Shown piece after piece: positions 57,989 through 64,000 of a DNA stretch of 64,000 bases. The stretch comes from Candidatus Dadabacteria bacterium (GTDB lineage: Bacteria > Desulfobacterota_D > UBA1144 > Nemesobacterales > CSP1-2). The notes beneath the pieces were generated by a model, which worked only from the letters and a program-made list of their open reading frames with translations, was not told where the DNA came from and did not search any database. How positions within the stretch are numbered: the first letter of the stretch is position 1; every line of letters starts with the position of its first letter. A program made the position numbers and the translations under genes. The stretch spans positions 160,001 through 224,000 of the forward strand of contig CAWDVW010000006.1 in the NCBI GenBank assembly GCA_963805855.1, written 5' to 3'.

Positions 57989-58885
57989 ATGATTGAATAT
58001 ATAAATCCGTTTTTTAGACCCCCTAGTGAAGGTAAAAGCTTCATCCTACAGGCAACTATTGGTTGTTCCCACAATGAGTGCACTTACTGTGCGATGTACA
58101 GAAAAGATCAACAGAGGTTTCGCGCTCGTCCTATGGCTGAGATAAAAACGATCATAGATGAGGCGTCTGAATTCGGTTACATTACTGACCGAGTGTTCAT
58201 TGCTGATGGTAATGCCCTAGTACTTTCGCAAAAAAAGCTTGTCGAGATTCTTGAGTATCTTAATTCGAAATGTGTCAGACTTGCGAGGGTAAGAATGTAT
58301 GCAAATGTGGGCGATATACTGAGGAAGGGAGTTGACAACCTTAAGGAGCTTAGAAATCTTGGTTTGGATATGGTATACATCGGATTTGAAAGTGGTGACG
58401 ATGTAGTTCTTGAGAGAATTAGAAAGGGCGCAAATTTTGAGGAAACCGTCAGGGCGTCAAGCATGCTTAAGGAGGCGGGTATAAAAAATTCTGCAATGGT
58501 TCTTCTGGGAGTCGGCGGAATCGAGAGAAGCACTGAACACGCTTACGCAACCGGAAGACTACTCACCGATACCGATCCCGAATATGTTGGTGCTCTATCA
58601 CTCCAGTTAAGGCCGGGGGCTCCGATTTACAAGGAATGGGAAGAAGGTAGATTTCAGCTTCCTGATAAGTTTCAAATGATAAAAGAACTCGAGATAATGG
58701 TAGAGAACACGAATCTTACCGACGGTTATTTCTTTTCAAACCATATTTCTAACTATCTACCAATCAAAGCAAAATTCCCGCGTGATAAAGAAAGCGTGCT
58801 TTCAAAAATTAGGGAGATTTTGGAAAGTAAAGATGAAAAATATATTCGTCCCGACTTCTACAGGGATGTTATAAATCAATATTAG
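57989..58885 (+). CDS. radical SAM protein
   Basis: FRPPSE, CSHNECTYC, GFESG, SNHISNY. Confidence 0.9.
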   Translation: MIEYINPFFRPPSEGKSFILQATIGCSHNECTYCAMYRKDQQRFRARPMAEIKTIIDEASEFGYITDRVFIADGNALVLSQKKLVEILEYLNSKCVRLARVRMYANVGDILRKGVDNLKELRNLGLDMVYIGFESGDDVVLERIRKGANFEETVRASSMLKEAGIKNSAMVLLGVGGIERSTEHAYATGRLLTDTDPEYVGALSLQLRPGAPIYKEWEEGRFQLPDKFQMIKELEIMVENTNLTDGYFFSNHISNYLPIKAKFPRDKESVLSKIREILESKDEKYIRPDFYRDVINQY

Positions 58886-58897
58886 AAATGAGTCTGT

Positions 58898-59020
58898 AAA
58901 TTCCAAATTGCAAATACCAAATCTCAAAGAAATCCAAAAATACAAAACCCAAAATTTTGCGATCTGTGATATCTTGCTTGAAATTTGCTTGTAATTTGGT
59001 GCTTGGCATTTGGAATTTGG
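58898..59020. repeat. long imperfect hairpin built from 7-nt periodic units
   Basis: AAATTCC AAATTGC AAATACC AAATCTC ... versus GTGCTTG GCATTTG GAATTTG. Confidence 0.65.
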
Positions 59021-59082
59021 TTAATGTAGCCGCTCCATTGTGGGCAAATTCCGACGACTAAAGTTCTTAAAGGAGATTCAAG

Positions 59083-60021
59083 ATGAAAAGGATAGCCACC
59101 ATTTCTCCGGTCTGGGGTTCCAGTGTTGATGATTTGAGAGTGCTTGCAAAGGTTGCTGAGGATGCCGGATTTGAGGGCATATTCTCTCCCGAGGTGCCGC
59201 CTTATAGTGCGCTTGCCAATGCGCAGGTATTTGCGGAGGCTACTTCAAAAATAAAAGTGGGAACCTGGATCACTAATATTTATATGCGGCATGCTGTTGT
59301 TGCAACCGCTGAAGCGTTGACGATTCAAGAGATTTCAGGAGGGAGGATGATCCTGGGGTTAGGCGTGAGTCATAAACCAGTTAATGATCGTTATGGAATC
59401 GATATGGGTGACCCTCTCGAGGTTATGAGAAATTACGTAAGTGCTGTTAAATCGTTTGCAGACGGAAGTTCTCCGCTTCTCACAATAAAAAGACAACTAC
59501 CTAAATTGCCGGTTTATATAGCCGGTCTCACAAAGGGTGCAGCTCGATTAGCAGGCCAGGTTGCAGATGGCATTATGCCCTATCTGGCAACACCCGAATA
59601 TATCCAAAAACTAAAATCATACGTTATTGAGGGTGCCAATGAGGCGGGCCGGGACCCAACTGAAATAGATATTACGAGTGGTATACCTTCATTTATATCT
59701 GACGATCTGGAGGCGGCCCGTAATGCTGGAAAGCGGGGGTTGAGTGGTTACGCCAGGTTTCCATTTTATCAGAGGATGATTAGAAATATAGGTTTTGGAG
59801 AAGTTGTTGATAGGATACAATCTGGCGAAAATCCCGCCGAAGCCTTTTCGGACGAATTGTTAGATGCGATAGCCTTGGTCGGTCCTCCTGATAGAGCCAG
59901 AACTAGATTGGAAGAGCATACAGCCGCAGGAGTTGATCTGCCAATAATTGTTCCTGGCCCTGTAGGAAAACAGAGCAATGTCGACGTAATGAAGATTACC
60001 GTAGCTACATATTCTTCATAG
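59083..60021 (+). CDS. LLM-class flavin-dependent oxidoreductase
   Basis: ATSKIKVGT, SGGRMILGLG, PVYIAG, AGQVADG. Confidence 0.9.
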   Translation: MKRIATISPVWGSSVDDLRVLAKVAEDAGFEGIFSPEVPPYSALANAQVFAEATSKIKVGTWITNIYMRHAVVATAEALTIQEISGGRMILGLGVSHKPVNDRYGIDMGDPLEVMRNYVSAVKSFADGSSPLLTIKRQLPKLPVYIAGLTKGAARLAGQVADGIMPYLATPEYIQKLKSYVIEGANEAGRDPTEIDITSGIPSFISDDLEAARNAGKRGLSGYARFPFYQRMIRNIGFGEVVDRIQSGENPAEAFSDELLDAIALVGPPDRARTRLEEHTAAGVDLPIIVPGPVGKQSNVDVMKITVATYSS

Positions 60022-60224
60022 GGTTTAAGTTGGTGTTGGGGGAAAATCTCTTGTATCCGGATGTCTTGCTGATCTGGAAGAAATGTGACATGTTACTTAA
60101 TGCCTGACGTGATCGATCCGATAAAACCAATACTTCTAGTAAATATTCAAGAATAGTCAGAATCCTATTTGAAACCTACCAATCCGGTTTCAACATATGA
60201 TGTTTTTTGTGACAGAACTCGTGA

Positions 60225-61835
60225 TCAAACAATACTATAGGTTTCTCTCAGAACGTTCCTTTTTATCTTGCCATTTGTAGTTTTTGGGATTGACTCTACG
60301 ACAACTATCTCTCTCGGACATTTATATCTCGCCAGTCTATGTTGCGCGTAATTGATTAGTTCATTCCTGATTTCCTCAGAATCAACCTTTTCTTTGAGTA
60401 CTACAAATGCAGTTGTGATTGTTTTGTCATCGCCCATGCTTATTCCTGTCACAGCGGACTCACTTACCGCTAGATGTTCATTAAGCACACGCTCTACTTC
60501 GAGAGGCGACACGCGGTAACCGAATGTCGTTATCATGTCATCGCGCCTACCAACGATCCAGAAATAACCTTCTTCATCTTTGTAAAATTGATCACCGCTG
60601 ATAAACATATCATTATTATACATTTGTCTTGTTTCGTCAGGTTGGTTCCAGTAAGAAAGCATGATTCCAGGATCATCTTTTGGTGTGGCCAATACTCCGA
60701 TCTCACCAACATCCACCGCTTCGCCCTCAGAGCCTATCAGGGTAGACTCGTGACCAGGCTGTGGTTTTCCGGGTGATCCGGGTTTTATGCGCATCCCCGG
60801 CATGTTGGATATATAGTAGCTGAATTCGCTCATTCCAAGTCCGTCGTAGAGTTCTATCCTTAATTTCTCTTTCCATAAAGTAAATAATTCCTTGCTTAGA
60901 TGTTCGCCGGCGCTTAACGCATGATTTAAGCTTGAAAGGTCTGGATTGATTTCTTCCGCTATCCGAATCATCTGTCTGTAAACCGTGGGAACTGCCATGA
61001 ACACATTTACCTGGTACTTTGTTATCAATTCGAAAAACTTCTTTGGCTCGTGTTCTCCTCCATATATGACTGTTGCGCATCCGTGACGCCACGGATCCAT
61101 GCACCCGGTTCCCAGTGTGTAAGTCCAATTTAATTTGCCTGCATGCAAGACCGTATAATTGGGTTTTAACGCCTGCCAGAATAAGGCGGCAGGGTCATGG
61201 GCTATCAATGCACGCTGTGCGTGCACTACACCCTTCGGATAGCCTGTTGTTCCAGATGTGTAACATATGTAAGCCACGTCGTTGGCTCTTGTTTCAGGTA
61301 CGTGGAGTCTAGTATTGCATCTGATGACTAACTCTTTTAAATTGATACAGCCGGAGGGAACAGGTGAGCCCACAATCAAAACTTCCTTGAATGCGCGATG
61401 TTTTCCCATTTGCGCTTCCACTTCTTCGAAGAGATCAGGGGTTGTTACAATTGCTCTTGCTTCGCTATCGTCAAGTATATAGCCGATCTCTTCCGAGGTT
61501 AGCATCGAGCTTGATGGAATAGGGACCGAGCCAATCTTGATGGCACCCAAGAAGGCAAGTGGAAACTCGGGGATATTGGGCAAGCGAATTATTATTCGGT
61601 CACCCTTTTTAAAACCAAGCGATAAAAGGGCATTGCCAATTTGATTAGTGAGATTTGACATCTCCAGGAATGTAAATCTTCTTGTTTCTCCAACTTCATT
61701 TTCCCAGTAGAGCGCTACTTTGTTTCTCAGGTGTTCATTTTTTGCTTGGCTATCTGTGCAGTCTCTCCCAATGTTATATAAGGGTGGTATTTTCCATTTC
61801 CATGTCCGACAAAGTTTTTCATAATTAAAATGCAT
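60225..61835 (-). CDS. acyl-CoA synthetase (AMP-forming)
   Basis: YTSGTTGYPKG, DGLGMSE, SGD, GRRDD, PKTTNGK. Confidence 0.93.
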   Translation of the reverse strand: MHFNYEKLCRTWKWKIPPLYNIGRDCTDSQAKNEHLRNKVALYWENEVGETRRFTFLEMSNLTNQIGNALLSLGFKKGDRIIIRLPNIPEFPLAFLGAIKIGSVPIPSSSMLTSEEIGYILDDSEARAIVTTPDLFEEVEAQMGKHRAFKEVLIVGSPVPSGCINLKELVIRCNTRLHVPETRANDVAYICYTSGTTGYPKGVVHAQRALIAHDPAALFWQALKPNYTVLHAGKLNWTYTLGTGCMDPWRHGCATVIYGGEHEPKKFFELITKYQVNVFMAVPTVYRQMIRIAEEINPDLSSLNHALSAGEHLSKELFTLWKEKLRIELYDGLGMSEFSYYISNMPGMRIKPGSPGKPQPGHESTLIGSEGEAVDVGEIGVLATPKDDPGIMLSYWNQPDETRQMYNNDMFISGDQFYKDEEGYFWIVGRRDDMITTFGYRVSPLEVERVLNEHLAVSESAVTGISMGDDKTITTAFVVLKEKVDSEEIRNELINYAQHRLARYKCPREIVVVESIPKTTNGKIKRNVLRETYSIV

Positions 61836-62053
61836 TGGAGAGGTTGTTCAGTCGAATGAATTTTGTGTAAGAATTTACATTGATTTCAGGGAAATTCAAT
61901 TCTATATTACACTCTCATTATTGTGTTTTTCTTATGTTTGCTCAGGGATTCCCTATTGCTAAAGGATCATTCATTTGGTAACAAGGCTCTTCTGTAGCGA
62001 AGGATAGAAAAAAAGTCCTGTCCCCTGATTATAAGCGGAAAGAATTTCAAAAT

Positions 62054-62365
62054 CTCCTCCCCCTATACCTATAGGGGGAGGACTAAGGTGGGGGTGGATT
62101 CCCTTTAGCTTACAGCGGTACTATTCATTCAATGTAGGTAGGAGATTGCTTTGGTATCCTCGCGATGACAGGCAATCCCACGACCCGTCGTTAATAGGGA
62201 ATTGATATTCTTTATCTGTGGATCCCCGACAACTATCCTCGGGGATGACAACCCTAGCTGGATCCCCGACAAGGTCTGTCCCCGCATGTTGCTGAAAGGG
62301 GTAGGCCGGGATGAAGTCTTGCTTCCATTCCGTCTTTGCGAGGAGTTTTATCCCGAAGCAATCTC
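62054..62365. repeat. cluster of several REP-like palindromic repeats
   Basis: CTCCCCCTATA..TATAGGGGGAG; GAGATTGCTT..CGCGATGACA; two GGATCCCCGACAA units; TTGCGAGG..GAAGCAATCTC. Confidence 0.6.
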
Positions 62366-62598
62366 ATTCTTTTTCTGTTTAAAGTTGCTTTGGCCCTTCG
62401 ACCTTTCGTCATTGCTCAACGCTCGGGACTCCTTGCGATTGGTCGAAGAGACTGTTTCTTTGTGTGCTGATACCATGCAGGTTGCTGCGGGATTCGTCAT
62501 TGACATAGGATTTTAAAGGCATGAGATCTGAGTCTATTACGAAGTAAGTATTCGGATATTTGATTGATAGATATGCCTTCCGGGAGCTTGATTAAGTT

Positions 62599-64000
62599 CT
62601 ATGATGTCCTACGCAAAGACTGGTAAAGGGCTTCGTCTCTTCCGTAGACATCATGGCGAAATTGGATATCCCCCTGATCGTCAACCCAAGCTGTAAAGTA
62701 TACAAGGTATACAGGTACTGGGTCGGGCAGGATTATTGATTGCGATTTTCCCTTTCTTATCTGCGATTCAATCCTTTCCTTTGTCCAGCCAGCCTCTGCT
62801 GATAATACGTATTCTGCTAATCCAATTGGATTTTCAACACGTATGCATCCGTGGCTGAAATCCCTCCTTTGTTTTTTGAATAGATTTTTTTGGGATGTGT
62901 CGTGGAGGTAGACGTTATATTCATTCGGAAGCATAAACTTAATACGTCCAAGAGGATTAGACGGACCGGGATTCTGACGAAACCTATATTTGAGGTTGTT
63001 ATTATTCACCTGAGACCAGTCGATTGTGGTGGGATCGATTTCGGTTGAACCGTCCGTCCAACCTTGAAGAACCCTTATATTTCGTTTGGAGAGGTATTCT
63101 TCATCTGCATGAATTTTGGGCAAAGTTTCTTCCAATGCAATGCTTCTTGGTATATTCCAATAGGGATTAAGAATTATATAGGTCATATTTGCACTAAATA
63201 GTGGAGTATTCCAGTAGGGTTTCCCGACCACAACGGGCATGGTTAATACGGTCTTCCCGTTTTGGATGACATCTAAATGGAAGCTTGGGATATTTACCTG
63301 TATATACCGAGGACCGATATTTTGCGGCAACCAGCGGTAGCGTTCCATATTTATTTTTATCTGCTCAATTCTTTTTTCGACCGGGACGTTTAACTCAGTT
63401 AAGGTGCTTGGCCCGACAATTCCATCTTCTGTCAATCCGTGTCGGCGCTGAAATTTTCGAACAGCGCTTACGACTTTTTCATCATAAATGTCACCGCTAT
63501 CAGTCGATTCCGGGTTTAGATCTCCAGTTATCATGAGTCTCTCGCGGAGAAGTTTTATTCTTCCGCCCCTTTGACCCTTCTCAATCTTTGGTCCGGAGGG
63601 TATGAGGGGCCAACCACCGTTTGCTTGAATTATCTTATATTCTATTAGGGCTGTACGTAGTCTTATATAGAACGGGTTCTCGTAGTTCGAGATTACGTTT
63701 AGAAATTGATTCGAACCCAAACCAAGGTCCATTATCTTCCCGAAGTCTACATTGCTATGATTTTTTAACCATGTTAGATCGACACCCTGGGGCTCTATAC
63801 GACCATTTATCAGATGCGATACATAAAGTATGAATGCGTCTGTTAGCAGCAAATCGAACTGTGCTAACGTATGAGGATCTAAAGAGTCCTTACCTTTTTG
63901 AATTTCATTCAAATAAATGTTAATGTCCCTCAGGTGATAATCGCTTGGCTGTAAACCCTCATTTTCAGCTTCTTTTATAATCTTTATAAACGTATTTGCC
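62599..64000 (-). CDS. L,D-transpeptidase, YcbB/LdtD family (5' end beyond window)
   Basis: PG-binding domain FQRRHGLTEDG, NPYWNIP, YLHDT, SHGCIRV; frame open to the window edge. Confidence 0.93.
   Translation of the reverse strand, partial: ANTFIKIIKEAENEGLQPSDYHLRDINIYLNEIQKGKDSLDPHTLAQFDLLLTDAFILYVSHLINGRIEPQGVDLTWLKNHSNVDFGKIMDLGLGSNQFLNVISNYENPFYIRLRTALIEYKIIQANGGWPLIPSGPKIEKGQRGGRIKLLRERLMITGDLNPESTDSGDIYDEKVVSAVRKFQRRHGLTEDGIVGPSTLTELNVPVEKRIEQIKINMERYRWLPQNIGPRYIQVNIPSFHLDVIQNGKTVLTMPVVVGKPYWNTPLFSANMTYIILNPYWNIPRSIALEETLPKIHADEEYLSKRNIRVLQGWTDGSTEIDPTTIDWSQVNNNNLKYRFRQNPGPSNPLGRIKFMLPNEYNVYLHDTSQKNLFKKQRRDFSHGCIRVENPIGLAEYVLSAEAGWTKERIESQIRKGKSQSIILPDPVPVYLVYFTAWVDDQGDIQFRHDVYGRDEALYQSLRRTS

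Noticed and set aside
62202-62516. 104-aa ORF, and similar ORFs at 25195-25516 and 7318-7551
   Set aside because: They are translations of REP-like repeat clusters.

Overview
Bacterial chromosome segment with mostly low-to-moderate GC. Gene content resembles a deltaproteobacterium-like lineage such as Ca. Dadabacteria, but that is inference only. Housekeeping and metabolic genes occupy about 1-4.5 kb and 20.7-64 kb: pckG, trmI, rsmG, mtnP, hldE, hsp20/dnaJ-II/hspR-like, mrp, ispG, proS, pyrF, clpB, hbd, crt, MaoC hydratase, hflX, acyl-CoA synthetase and an L,D-transpeptidase. Several families of palindromic intergenic repeats are interspersed. About 4.5-20.4 kb is an accessory region ending at the 3' end of a tRNA-Lys/tRNA-Glu pair with a truncated tyrosine integrase. 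Its distal 10 kb is the most unusual part of the window. It is punctuated by five same-orientation copies of an unclassified ~40-bp site, two copies of a ~90-bp G-rich motif and two copies of a 34-bp motif. Between them lie single cargo genes and patchworks of 40-240-bp fragments of unrelated genes, four of which are inverted copies of DNA 0.7-5 kb away in the same island. Other notable items are a TIR-bounded Y1/RAYT transposase, a stand-alone GatE-like GAD domain, a candidate ~255-nt structured RNA behind a near-consensus promoter, an hflX that appears to start at ATA, and a motif shared by the hsp20 and clpB promoters. Single-base indels in core genes (pyrF, MFS) suggest some sequencing or assembly error. 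All protein calls come from motif recognition, not database searches.
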